Assembly: GCA_035084275.1 (NCBI GenBank)
Contig: CM068749.1
Location: forward strand, 16,368,001 to 16,432,000
Direction: 5' to 3'
From: Hydrolagus colliei
Taxonomy: Eukaryota
Length of the DNA stretch: 64,000 bases
The notes under the pieces are model-generated. The model was not told the origin of the DNA, ran no database searches, and was given only the letters and a program-made list of their open reading frames with translations. Shown piece by piece: positions 52,171 through 64,000 of this stretch (positions within the stretch are counted from its first letter, which is position 1; each line of letters opens with the position of its first letter). The position numbers and the translations under genes were made by a program.

Positions 52171-53749
52171 CAAGATATTGCAAAGATACAATAAAATGTT
52201 ACATGAGGTTAAAATCTCCTGAATTGTGGTGATGTCAGGGGTGCTGTAGGGGCATGTAAGAAAACAACAAGCTGAGCTTTGGTTCCAAAGTGAAGCAAAG
52301 AGTTTCTTTGGGGCCAATCATAATTTAATGTTGGCTCTAAAGTTTTGTTTTCCAGTGGCTTCTCTAGTCTTTCAAAACAATCACAAGAGCTGAGAATTGC
52401 TGTCTCGGTAGAAAAGGTTGTCATGGTGATTCTGTTCAAGCCCACAAAATATATTTTGTTGTCAAATAATTTTGAAATGGAAGAGATGCTTGTCCCTGGG
52501 AGCAGTGCTGTACAGATTCAGTTAATTCAACCACCTACTGATTGGCTTTTGGAACAAGCGTAATTTTAGTTGCAGCCAAATTTGTCTGAGAGGCTCCTGC
52601 ATGTCGCAGAAAGCATGATTGAAATAGATTAGGAAGTCTTAACAACCCAACAGAAAGAACATGGAGGGGATCTTAAAAATGTTTCCATAAATTAAAAAAA
52701 GAGAATTTTCCTAGCCTCTGCAACACTATATGTTAGCAACTCACCACACATTACTCTGAGATAATATCTCCCACAGTAGTCGCCTATTTGAAGCTAATGT
52801 TATTTTTCACTAAATGTTTCACTAAATGATCCAATCAGTACCGTATTTTGAAACAAGTTGGGCTTTCTTTGATCTAGAATCTTATGTTTAGATCTACTAG
52901 AAGTTTTGCACTTTATCTGGGAGGTCCATCAAAGGCCAATCTCTTTTTTTTTAAATGCTACAGGGTTGTTAACTTTTTAAGAATAGAAAATCGTATTATA
53001 GGCAAGTAACAAAAAGCTCACTTTTTTTTAGTAACTTGTGATCAGCTGTATTGGATGGATGAGGACCAGATTAAAACGATACATTGCATGAAGATTTGAA
53101 GCAGTAGAGGTGAACTGCAGAAATGCCAACAGTGACTGAAAAATACATTCTTACAAAGAGAAAATTCAGCTGCTTCCCAATAACTTGTACAAAAGGTAGC
53201 CAAGTTTTGATTGACAGCTCAGAGGATAACTTTTTTTTATTATTGAAATAATGTAGATTTGTACCAGTATCTTGACTCTGTAGAGAAAATGATATAAAGT
53301 ACAGTCCTGTCAAAGCCTTAATTTATTCTTGCCCTTTCCATTCACTCTACCTGAAATCATTTCCCAATTTGGGGCTGTGATATGTGTCATTTAGCAGCCT
53401 GTGCCATGACAGTTAAATAATTCCACTTAATTACAAAAGGTTTTGTTTGATCAAAGAAAAAGCCTCCAGTAATTTTTTTTAAAAGTAGCAAGACAGGACA
53501 TTGAATTGAATAGAGAAGTAGTTTGTACTTACACATTCTTGAAATATTTTCCTGGAGCTCGATGACACTTTAGATTGGGGTACATTTTGCTAACTTTATT
53601 TTTTCAACAATGTCGTTTAGATTTCCCAAACATATTAAAAATTGGATTTCAATCAAACTTTATCTTTAAAATAGCCACATTTGATTTCCCTTGAGTAATC
53701 CTTCATTCTGACTCCAATGTAATCTGCATTTACGAGGTTGAGTATAGCA

Positions 53750-53778
53750 GTGTGTGTGTGTGCAGGTGTGTGTGTGTG
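53750..53778. repeat. Interrupted (GT)n microsatellite
   Basis: Two GT dinucleotide runs separated by CAG. Confidence 0.9.
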
Positions 53779-55774
53779 AGATCAGTTGGTGGAATTTAAT
53801 AATTTGAAGTGAATGAGAAAAAGAAATCACCAGTAAAGAAGGGGTGAATGAATGACTTACAATATTACATTTATATATGAAATGCCCTTATGCAGTAGTA
53901 CATATGTCAAGATTAACTTTTCACTCCATAGTTCTAATCTGTCACCTGGAAAGTTCTGTGGGCGAATTGTTAAAATGAAAACTTTCAATATTTTCTCAAA
54001 TAAGATTTTTTTTAAATTAGACTGTTTGAAAGGCACAATCAGTTCAGATGGAATTGGAAAATGCTTTCTTCAGTTATCAAAATGTTTAGCCAGTACTGTA
54101 TTATCAATCTTTAATTTAATTATGCATTGCTGAGCAGAGCTATGCAGCTTGAGAGACATCTGGAGTGGTAGGATGGTTGCCAGTATTTTAAATCATCTAT
54201 TCAGTGGAGGTTAGGCTGTTGTTAAACTCACTACTGTGCCATCATTATAATAATTTGTAGCAACATTATCATCATAATAGTTACTGCTTCTTATACACAA
54301 AATAAGACTTAATGGAATTAGGGATCATTATTGTTTTAACATTGTAGGCTAGTTGGAATAAGGACCACTTATTTTTAAGTGCCAGTTCTGGGGAGATTTT
54401 ATTCCAAATGTTTGAGTGATACCATCTTGAACTCTAAAACAAAATGTGTTTTAGTGAATAAATTTATCACCATTATCATCTCAAATTAGATCATTTTATT
54501 TCCTCCATTTCTTCAAACTTGTGTGGTAAGAGTAAACAGAATAGTCCCTTGTGATCTGCATTTTTATATTTGTGTCACTCTGCTTTCTGGGGTACAGGAA
54601 AGTAACTAAATTTAATTCTGCACACAAAGTTACTTAGACCCAAACAATATTTTAACTTTTTTGAAACCATCCACATTTGATTTCCCTCGTGTCCTATTTC
54701 CTTTAAACTTCCGACATAATCTTCAACTGTGAAGTACAGTGTGGCTACCTATCCACAACTGAGGGATTAAATTTGATGTGTTTGAGAAAGCATATTCACT
54801 CATAAAGTGAAGCAGTTTGATTATTACTCAGAATTCGTCAGCCAAAAGAAAGTGACAATAACAGGGCTTCACTTTTAATATGACAAGTAATCCTTTGGGT
54901 GGCATTTTGGCATCTTCCTTACTTTAATAATGGATGTTCTTTCTCTCATTGCTTGGAGCTGCTGTTTTGTAAATATTTGGATGACCTTGCCAATTTAAAG
55001 CAATCTCAGATTCTGAGAGAGCTGGAATGCTTACACGGAGAAAGTTGAACCATAAATGCACATCCATCTCTAGGTGTACTGAAAATGCCACCGAAAAATT
55101 GTCAACTGATGAAAAGTTATGAACCTTGATCAGTGGGATTGTTTTAATAATGTCATTTGCATACATCATTAAAAATCTATGTGCATCTTAAAATCATTAG
55201 CATGTCGGCTGCTCCTTTAAGAATGCTCACAAATCAGTTCTCTTTCAGTTTACCATGCCTGATGCACAGTTGATTTAAAGTTCTGATGCCCAGCATATAC
55301 TCTAGTTGGTTTAAAGTGACTAACGTGACTAGCAACAGAAGGAGATCGATATATATACACACATATATATATAAATATATCTAAGCCATAAAGCTGCAGG
55401 GACAGATGGATTTTAATGCAGATTAAACTAATGATAGGCCAGCAGAATATATTAAACAAGCTCATAATGAATAATATTAAAGATTGCACACAGAAAAGGA
55501 TTTGGGATGTGATTATTGACCATTGACTAAAAGACAATTTAAAATTGCTATCAACAAGGTCAACCATATAGACAACATTTAGTAGACAAGCTGGAGATTT
55601 TTCAGGGAAGAGTGAACATGTTGATTCCATAATTCAGCACTCTGAAATATGAAGTGAGATTCACAGACCCCAATATATTTCCTGCAAAGAAAATAAACCA
55701 TAAAGTTGCATATATATGTGTATAAAAATGCAGAGATGAATGGATAAAGTAGGCACAAGTAAGTTATTTAGCTT

Positions 55775-55980
55775 GGGCTGTGACTCAGAGCTGTGTGTAA
55801 ACTCAAAGTGGCTCAAGCAAAGCAAAATTTGAGATTAGAAGGATTTTGTTTCACCCCAGAGAGTAGCAAGTCAGCGGAAAGACTTTCAGCTAAAGCGGTT
55901 AATACTGTATTGATTAATGTTTTTTGAAAATCTGACATGAATTTTCAGAGGAGAATTGAAAGTTGTATAAGGATATGTGC
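55775..55980 (+). mobile_element. Degenerate CR1 3' region
   Basis: GAGATTAGAAGGATTTTGTTTCACCCCAGAGAGTAG...TTTCAGCTAAAGCGGT resembles the CR1 IRxxFFxQRVV...LPxxAV coding segment. Confidence 0.4.
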
Positions 55981-56340
55981 AGATAGAAATACTATGCATA
56001 TAAATGATTGCAGCTAGACTAGGGAAATGTTATGTCAAGGAAGTCACCCTATCAAGGATGACCAACAACATAAAATCAGAGAGATCTAATGGATGTTTTT
56101 CCCGGTTTTACATTTTGAGGGGTGGTTGAACGCAGAAAAGTTGTAAAACATTTCCTCGGGAGATCAAATAAGTTAGGTAGTGTCAAAATAACTAATTTGT
56201 AGGTGTTCACCAACACAAATACACAGGCATTGTAATTTACAGTAAGCTGTAAAATACTTTGAGGTGTCCACCCAATGTAAAAAGCATGATAGCAAATGCA
56301 AGAAATATAATTATAATAGAGAGTACAATCTTGCTTACAA

Positions 56341-56448
56341 CAATTCACTCTACAGTATATTCTGTGAAGCACTTTGAGACATCCGGAAGACGTGAAAAGC
56401 AAAGCGCTATATCAAATGCAAGGATTATTAGTATTATTCTTGTTATTA
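56341..56448 (+). mobile_element. SINE 3' fragment, just downstream of an older SINE tail at 56221-56310
   Basis: CAATTCACTCTACAGTATATTCTGTGAAGC...AAATGCAAGGATTATT. Confidence 0.9.
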
Positions 56449-56575
56449 TATGCTCTCTACATTATAATAGAGACAATGTAAGAAAGAAGCTTGGTCAAAG
56501 GGCCTGGATGTCCTTTTTCATGTGTTAGTTTCTTATGTTCTATATATAAAACGATTGGTGGATCGCTTTTCCAGG

Positions 56576-56685
56576 GATAATAATCCCTTTAAAAAAATGT
56601 GATCACTCAATCCACGACTGTGTGTGGGACACTGCTGTATGCAATTGGCTGCTGCATTTCACCCACAAAATAAACAATCAATTCA
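56576..56685 (+). mobile_element. SINE internal fragment
   Basis: GATAATAATCCCT...CAATCCACGACTGTGTGTGGGACACTGC...CAATCAATTCA. Confidence 0.88.
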
Positions 56686-56933
56686 GAATGCATCAGACCC
56701 AAATCATTTCACCAACTGAGGGGGGAACCTTGTTAAAGGAAGAACAGACAACAAAATTTTACAAAATGTTGCCCAAACTAGAGGAGGACTTGAAGGTTGA
56801 TCCTTGGGAGCAAGCAAATGCCTTCCAGTTTCAAGTCAATGGACAGCATTATACATCTTATGTGGAAGAACAATGGGAATTACATAGAATGGAGAAAGAA
56901 CAAGAGAAACAGGATTAGCAAGAATAAAAATGA

Positions 56934-57242
56934 AATAATAATCCTTGCATTTGATGTGGCGCTTATCAGTCTTCTGGACGTCTCAAAGCACTTCACAGAA
57001 TATACTGTAAAGTGAATTGACTGTATATTTGTGGGTGAAACGCAATGGCCAACTGCGCACAGCAGTGTCTCACAAACAGTTGTGGATTGAAAATGACCAA
57101 TTTATTACAGGGTTATTTTTTGGACGGATTATTATTAGGCATGTGGAGTAAGGAAACTTGCCCAAGGTTTTGTTCTGACCTGCCTGGATTCAAAACACAG
57201 ATCTCACACTTTTAATGCGAGTTCTCTAACCACTGAGCCACA
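56934..57242 (-). mobile_element. Full-length tRNA-derived SINE
   Basis: Reverse complement runs from the TGGCTCAGTGGTTAGAG head to the ATT tail. Confidence 0.95.
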
Positions 57243-58427
57243 AACTAAAGAAAAACAAGCAGATGAAGGAGATTTTGTTTGGCAGTTCTTCCAAAACTTG
57301 AAGTAAAGGTAGATTTAATGGACCTAAGACTCTGGGGATAGTCTGAAATCCACAGCAAATCGATTTCTAGTGACACCCCCAACAGTGCCCTTCACTCCCC
57401 TACATACCTATATCACCTGATTCTACCCTCTTTTGTTCCAGTCTGACCAAACCACATAAAAACATACTGAGAACCAGGCAGCATCTTGCTTCCAGACATC
57501 TACGGTTAAATTCTTATTAACTTAGAGCACTGTTATACACTAAAAAGCACTGTTAGCTGATGTAGATTTTATTACATGAAAACATGAAATTGTTGCCCAT
57601 ACTAAAAACGAGTTACTCCCCAAAATGTAACCAGCTTTGCTCAGCTTCAGGAAGTCCAAGTCTTAAAGACCTACCTACTTGGTAAACAAACATTGGAAGC
57701 CTGATGGCATGGGGCAGCATCAATCAAATCAAAATGTTGTTCCCATTTTGATGGCTACCATAAAACATATCTTAATGCAATATTTCACAAGTGATATTTT
57801 TATCACTGTGGAAGGTGGGTAGAAAGAGTATAACAATTCCAGTGATTACATTCTGATCAGGCTTGAGTGCTCATTAATATTTTGAAAGAATATTTCCCCT
57901 TTCACAATCATGGAAAACATGCATTCAAAAGATAATCAAAAGAACATAACGTACAATAAACCCTATTGTATGCATTAGCTAAACATCCATCGATCAGGCA
58001 AATGTGATAAGGTATGTGTTCAAGTGAGTCAGTTGCTTAAAATTGCATTGTTTGTAGAGCAAGATCAAAAATCAGTAGAAAAATGTAATTAAAATCCTGT
58101 TAATCCACTGGTTTCAATCCTCTTTGTTTGAGTATACAGATGTAATTTTGTTGTTGTGATCACACAAGGCCTCCGTGAGTCATAATAAGACTAATATAAT
58201 ACTGTTATAATATAGTAAGTTATAATAATAAGTAATAATAATTATTACTATAAGAATACCTAAACGTTAGTGAGGTTTCCTGCTGTCTAATGCAATGCCT
58301 CTAAATTTTATAATCCCTCAGTAGCACAGATTGAGTGTTCTCCCGGTATGTGAATTATCTCACAGTATTCCATATAGACGTTGATCTTTTTAAGATTAGA
58401 TGCAGTGTTTCTACAACATATTCTCAT

Positions 58428-58538
58428 ATCACCTGTTAAATACACAGTCACTGCACTTTGCAGTAAATCCTAAGAATGAGACATTCTCTCAACTTCATTG
58501 GTATTACATCAAATGCAAGGATGTTAGTTATTTATTGT
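58428..58538 (+). mobile_element. Degenerate SINE tail
   Basis: AAATACACAGTCACTGCACTTTGCAGTA...ATCAAATGCAAGGATG. Confidence 0.55.
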
Positions 58539-59875
58539 TACAATATATAGAATTTTAATTTCATCAGAAGTAAGAAAGTTCATCCAGGCTTTGAAGTTGT
58601 TCATATCGACCCACTTTCAAAGAAACATAGAAACTCCAGCCTAGAATTTGGTCCATAGTGTACCTGAAAGTATTACCTCCAACACTTACATCTATATCTA
58701 GTTATCTAATAGCCATTTCCTGCTTTTGCACCTTAGCTTTTCATTACTCTGCAAATATCGCCTTCTAGGCACATCAGGGTGGAGCCTCCATAAGTTTATG
58801 CGATTCACATCTGTTTACCAATTCAATATTTACAACTCATTTCCAAATACCACATTTTCAAACCCAGTTATTCTTGGTCCCTAAATCTAGGAATGCCTGA
58901 ATCCAAACATTGTGGAAACACTTGTATCAGCCAAATACAGCAGGAGATAACTAGACTTATGTTATGGAAAATGTGACTTTATATGACTTCTGTTTACAAA
59001 TGATAAAAACTTTATCGTGTTTTTCAAGCGGGAAGAATGTTCTTGTGTTAGAGAAAAACATTTACTAGCTTGAGGAGAAGAAACATTTTTGGATTTGAAA
59101 TCTATTTCCTCTAGGTTTTCATTTTGCTGTGCGATGTAGATATGGCGAATTAAACATTACATTTTCCAGTTGAGAAAAATATTAAGTGGATAAAATAGGG
59201 TATTTTTTTCCATAATCTGATGGAGTTTTGCACAGAAGCTGAAATGCAGTTTACACTGCCGTCGGTTTTAGTGTGAACTGGACAGAAACCAAGGAACATT
59301 GGTTTTAGTTTGTTCCTGTTTACCCCAGTTTAGGAACAGTTTACAATGATAAGACTTTGCATTGGAGATACTTTTATAGGCCATGCCAGAACTGCTGTCA
59401 TTTATCAATGCTATTGACAACTCCATTACAGACTGAATCTGAATTAACTGTTGGTTGGACATTGGCAACATGACCCAATTCCCTGTTAACACACAAAAAC
59501 CTGCAGGTAGGTTTGATTGGAAGGTGACGGGAGTCAATTGCTGCTGACAGTTTAGGAAAATGGGATTGATGTGGGATCAAGCAACTTCTATTTCCATGGA
59601 GAGAAAAAAAAGTGTTGTAGGAGTGAACAGCCAGGTAGGTGCTGTTGTAGAGAAGGTGCTATGGCTTTTGACTGTAACACCTGAGAGACTGTGGCACAAC
59701 AATGGTGTGAGTACCTCAGTGAGTCTTGTCTGTCACTGTTGCTGGTGTTTAACTCCTGCCTGATTCTTAAACCAAATCTGTCTTGATTCCCATGCAGTAT
59801 CTATCTGGCTCAGCAGATCAGGCTGCATGGCTACAGCATTCTGGTGAAGATCCTAAATTGTGTTGTAGATCATTA

Positions 59876-59972
59876 GACTACAATTACCCAAGATGCATGA
59901 GAAATAGTTGCCAATCATTGTCAGATATATAAAACCCCAGAACAACGAGGAACCTGATACACAATGGTAATT
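59876..59972 (+). promoter_or_regulatory. Candidate core-promoter motif cluster (ZNF143/Staf-like, CCAAT, TATA)
   Basis: GACTACAATTACCCAAGATGCAT (59876-59898), GCCAATCA (59910-59917), TATATAAAA (59926-59934), ACAATG|GTAATT (59961-59972). Motif evidence only. Confidence 0.3.
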
Positions 59973-60260
59973 ATCCTCTATCTATTGTGATGCGTTCAAG
60001 AGCATATTGAGCAAGGAATTGAACAGTTTCAGGTTCTCCACTTCAGACCCATTTTTTAGGGTCATGTGGGGATTGTACAATTTTTCAGATATTTTCTGCA
60101 TGGAATGATGCAATCCTTTCAGGAAAATGCTATTCCTTAAATGCGTATTATCACACAGGATGAAGCAGCACACATCATATCAACTATTGAATAGCTTAAG
60201 ATGTAAACTGCTCAGTTTGCAAATAACTGCAGTATAACATTTCCAAAGCAGCAGGAATCG

Positions 60261-60602
60261 ACACTGCAGTCAATTAATTTGTGCGGTCTGCCTTAGAATA
60301 GAAGATACAGCCAAAATATTATATATTTACATGATCTCAAATGTACAAATGCCAGGTATTTTGCTGTTGTAGATGTTTTGTGTCAGAAGACAACTTATTT
60401 GGATGCAAAATTATCAAAATATTCCACAATTTGAGTCAATGCGTGGGATGAAAATTCGGGCAAATGAGAGGTTTAATACAACCAGATGTTTGTGAAAGAT
60501 TCTAAATTAATTTAGTTCTTCGGCTCACCCACAGACAGACAGACAAAATAGTTCTAACACTCCTAATGATAACATTTACATTGCTGCCTTTGGCCATACT
60601 TT
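60261..60602 (+). repeat. 342-bp direct duplication, copy 1
   Basis: Matches 60803-61144 at a constant offset of 542, with about 10 substitutions counted by eye. Confidence 0.97.
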
Positions 60603-60802
60603 AAAAAAAACTATCTTGAGATATTAATTTGCATCCCTGAAGGCGGCAAAAACTATTTCCTCGGCCTCACAGTGCTCCCGTTAAAGTCAGAACTACTACT
60701 AGTTTGGAGTGCTGCTGGATATGGTTTCTTTCCTCTCCCTGAGTGTAACACACAGGGATGGGAAACAATGACAAAATGCATTGATTTTCGTAGCCTTAAC
60801 TT

Positions 60803-61144
60803 ACACTGCAGTCAATTAATTTGTGTGGTCTGCCTTAGAATAGAAGATACAGCCCAAATATTATATATTTACATGATCTCAAATGTACAAATGCCAGGTA
60901 TTTTGCTGTTGTAGATGTTTTGTGTCAGAAGACAGCTTATTTGGATGCAAAATTATCAAAATATTCCACAATTTGAGTCAATGCGTGGGATGAAAATCCA
61001 GGCCAATGAGAGGTTTAACACAACCAGATGTTTGTGAAAGATTCCAAATTAATTTAGTTCTTCGGCTCACCCACAGATAGACAGACAAAATAGTTCTAAC
61101 ACTCCTAATGATAACATTTACATTGCTGTCTTTGGCCATACTTT
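60803..61144 (+). repeat. 342-bp direct duplication, copy 2
   Basis: ACACTGCAGTCAATTAATTTG...TTTGGCCATACTTT, as in 60261-60602. Confidence 0.97.
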
Positions 61145-61173
61145 TGCTCAAAGTGTCATAGCAAAAGAACTCA

Positions 61174-61246
61174 GAATGGTGGGGCAGGCTCGAGGGGCCA
61201 AATGGCCTACTCCTGCTCCTAATTCTTATGTTCTTATGTGCTTATG
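61174..61246 (+). mobile_element. CR1-clade 3' tail (shark HER1/HE1-like)
   Basis: GAATGGTGGGGCAGGCTCGAGGGGCCAAATGGCCTACTCCTGCTCCTAA ending in the (TTCTTATG)n octamer repeat. Confidence 0.85.
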
Positions 61247-61367
61247 AACTGCTATTAATTCACAGGGGGGTTGTCTGCTGTCCAGGGACAGCATGGTACT
61301 CATTAATAGGAACTGAGTGTGAAATTAGTCATCCATCATTACTTGATGGGAAGTGGAGTGGAGTAAA

Positions 61368-61858
61368 GCCCGTGTCCTCTGCAACTCCAAGCTTTTTGAC
61401 CCCATCTCCCCCATTCTCACCCGACTCCATTGGCTCCCCATCACCTAGAGGATTCAATTCAAGATCCTGGTCCTTACCTTCAAAGCCCTCCATGGGCCTA
61501 GCCCCACATTACCTCTGCAAACTCCGAACCTGCCCACTCCCTCTGCTCAGCAGGCTTTGGCCTGCTCTATGTCCCCCGACCATCCAACCAGCGACAGCCG
61601 AGCTTTCAGCCACTCTGCCTCTAACCTATGGAATTCCATCCATTAGACCCTCCACCTCGGCCCCTCCCTAGCCACCTTCAAGCCCCGCCTCAAGACCCTC
61701 CTCTTCGACGGTCCCATCGGTGTTCCCAAATCCCTTCTTTTCCCTTCATCCTCCCAATCCCAACCCCAGCTCAGGTCTGAAACTTTGACTGTCCAGCACC
61801 TTCGGTTGTCCTCCTGATGTGGAAGATGCTATACAAATTATGTTTTGTTATTGTTGTT
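61368..61858 (+). mobile_element. L2-clade LINE 3' fragment
   Basis: Encodes LHWLPIT*RIQFKILVLTFKALHG and FKPRLKTLLFD, then a TTGTTG tail. Paralogous to 8817-9285. Confidence 0.93.
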
Positions 61859-62414
61859 TCCTGTGACTCATGGGTACAACTCCACCCTTCCTTGCCAGTT
61901 ATATAAAGTAGTGAATCAGTGACTGTCCATATCGGTCTAGTTTAGTGATTCCAATGGAGGCGGAAAATGAAGCTGTCTTATGTATTCAGACAAGAACCCT
62001 GCATGGTATAATGCTGTTCTTGCGAATGACACATTACATACAGAGGTAAACCTTGACTGTAAAAAGGTTGGGTGAAACCAATCCATTTAATTGTTAGTTA
62101 TTTTGCATTCAGTGGCGGAACAAAATACTCAGTCAGGAGCAAAAGTTCCTCCTGTTTTCTCCTGTTATTAGGTTGACAGGTTACTGCAACAAAGGTGTAT
62201 TGAATGCTTGGGGAAATGCTAAAAATGTTTGCATACAGTATTGTGTAGCTGTAACATCAGTCACAGCCTGTCATGCTGTGCCAACCCAGCTGAGTAATAT
62301 CTCAATAGTTGTACAATATCCAGAAGGTACAAGTTAAGAATATGACAAGGACCAAAGATAATACAACAAGAGAATAGCTAGGCTGAGCTTATATCGAGCA
62401 AGCCTTTGAGAATT

Positions 62415-62560
62415 TCTTCTTCGACCATGCTTTCAATCATCCTTCCATCCCCCAACGCCCCAATCCCGCCCCCCAGTTCAGGTGCAAAATGCTGTCCATC
62501 ACCTTGGAACGTCCTCCCAACATGAAAGGCACTATACAAATGTAATTTTGTTATTGTTGT
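62415..62560 (+). mobile_element. L2 3' UTR and tail
   Basis: CTTCGACCATGCTTTCAATCA...CACCTTGGAACGTCCTCCCAACATGAAAGGCACTATACAAATG...TTGTTGTT. Confidence 0.88.
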
Positions 62561-64000
62561 TCATTGCATCAAGTAATGGTCAACTTGGAAATACAGGATT
62601 AAATGGTTGAAACAAATACAATTTAAAATAATTTGTCAAACTGCATCATTTACAAGCTGTAACAGAGTGGGTTTCCGGGACTTGGTGATGTTTAATGTAA
62701 CTTGAAAGACTAGATTCTGTAACATCTGAGAAGCCTTACAAAAATGCAGATATTCAAATTCTAACACAGTGCAGAGGGAGATACAAGCAAATTCTTGACT
62801 ACAGTTTCTTTACCCCTTGCTCTCAGGAATCAATTCTGGTGAGCACTGCATGCAGCTCATGTTGAGCTAAAACCTTTAAAGCAACAGCATTCTTTATATT
62901 CCTCATTGCAAAAGTGACTTTTTCTGTTGCAAGCGACGGATAAACTTCATTCCATGAATGCCAAAAATGTCATATGGAGGATAGGTAATCTTATTTTTGC
63001 CTCAACAGTGCCCTTTTCAATATTGCTGCAAATCAAAATGAAATAATGTGCAATCCACATATTAAATTTGTGTGTCTGATTTTCTTTCTGTTTAAAAAAA
63101 GGTCCCAAACTATTTGTAATGGTACAGTGGAGAAACACATACAAAGAAATGAAGATATGTATCACTAAATCGATTGAATTATGCCTTGGTTGATGGATAG
63201 ATGTAGGGTACTGAACAAGACTGTAGGCTTTCACTTGAGTTTTTTGAAGGGAAAAAACAAGGTTTCTATCATTTTCAGAATGAAAATGAAATGACCTTGG
63301 GCATTCAAGTGTGTGTGGCTCCATTAACCGATTTTCTAAACTGATTTTCGATCAGCTTAAGGTGAAGCAAATGCTTTTTGCACTTAAAATTGAATATGAA
63401 AGTTAATCTCTGACAATTGTTGGGATTGACAAGAGATTCCAGCAAAATGATAGCCAAATGAACTTAATATGTATTTCAAACAGATCACGTGGGAAAAATT
63501 ACTGTCAAATAACTTAAATTCAATGAAAGCAAATCTTAAATACAATACCTTAAGAAAATGCAAAGCAAACTTTGATCCCAGACAGGGAACCATTTATTTT
63601 GAAAATATAAAGCAGCCTCTGCTATTGCAATAAGAGAACAATCATTTTCTTCTAACATTTTATACCTTTTTTACGGCATTTTACATTCAATATAGCACCT
63701 TTCACATCAGACATCGTAAAGCACTCTGCATAGCTGTCAGAGACTCCACCAAATAGTTGATGAGGCAACTCTGAAGCTTGGGGTAACAGCTGCCAGAAGG
63801 TGTTACCTGAAGTCTGAGATTGTGAACACACACCCATTCGCACATCCCGCACCTGGAACTCACCTTGAGAGATAAGCAGCGGCTGCTTAAACTCTGCCAC
63901 TCCAACTGGTGCAACTATCACTCAATGGGAAGGGATGTGTGCTCGAGCTGCAGACGGGAAGATGCTGGCAATGATCTCATACATTTCATTGCTCCCTCAC

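Noticed and set aside
56622-56918. 98-aa Glu/Gln-rich ORF
   Set aside because: It starts inside a SINE and includes a CR1-like KMLPKLE segment, so it is a composite of repeats.
60612-60695. YLEILICIPEGGKNYFLG followed by CACAGTG, positioned like the end of an Ig/TCR V segment plus RSS heptamer
   Set aside because: The invariant Cys and Asp are missing, there is no upstream V domain, and the nonamer is poor at both 12-bp and 23-bp spacing.
1-64000. CRISPR array, operon or other prokaryotic defence system
   Set aside because: There are no regularly spaced repeats or long ORFs, and the sequence is vertebrate-type repeat-rich non-coding DNA.

Overview
This is AT-rich eukaryotic DNA and looks like a large intron or gene desert. 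It holds no prokaryotic operon, CRISPR array, rRNA or true tRNA gene, and I recognise no host protein. The repeat content points to a cartilaginous fish, probably a chimaera/Callorhinchus-type genome; this comes from recalled repeat consensus sequences, not a search. Repeats present: about 15 copies or fragments of a ~320-bp tRNA-derived SINE with an L2-type tail, older Deu-domain-type SINEs, many 5'-truncated L2 and CR1 LINE fragments, one non-autonomous hAT element with a perfect 8-bp target-site duplication (TSD), and Penelope-type terminal repeats. Most listed ORFs are chance or LINE remnants. Best leads: (1) a TSD-flanked fold-back Penelope insertion with two degenerate hammerhead-ribozyme cores (3133-3414); (2) an isolated 23-bp hairpin (43616-43667); (3) a ZNF143/CCAAT/TATA/ATG-donor cluster (59876-59972); (4) a 342-bp direct duplication around a 200-bp unique spacer (60261-61144); (5) two phase-compatible minus-strand candidate exons (38722-38803 and 23130-23233). 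I cannot support a genuinely new biological system from sequence alone. Boundaries of degenerate repeats are approximate.
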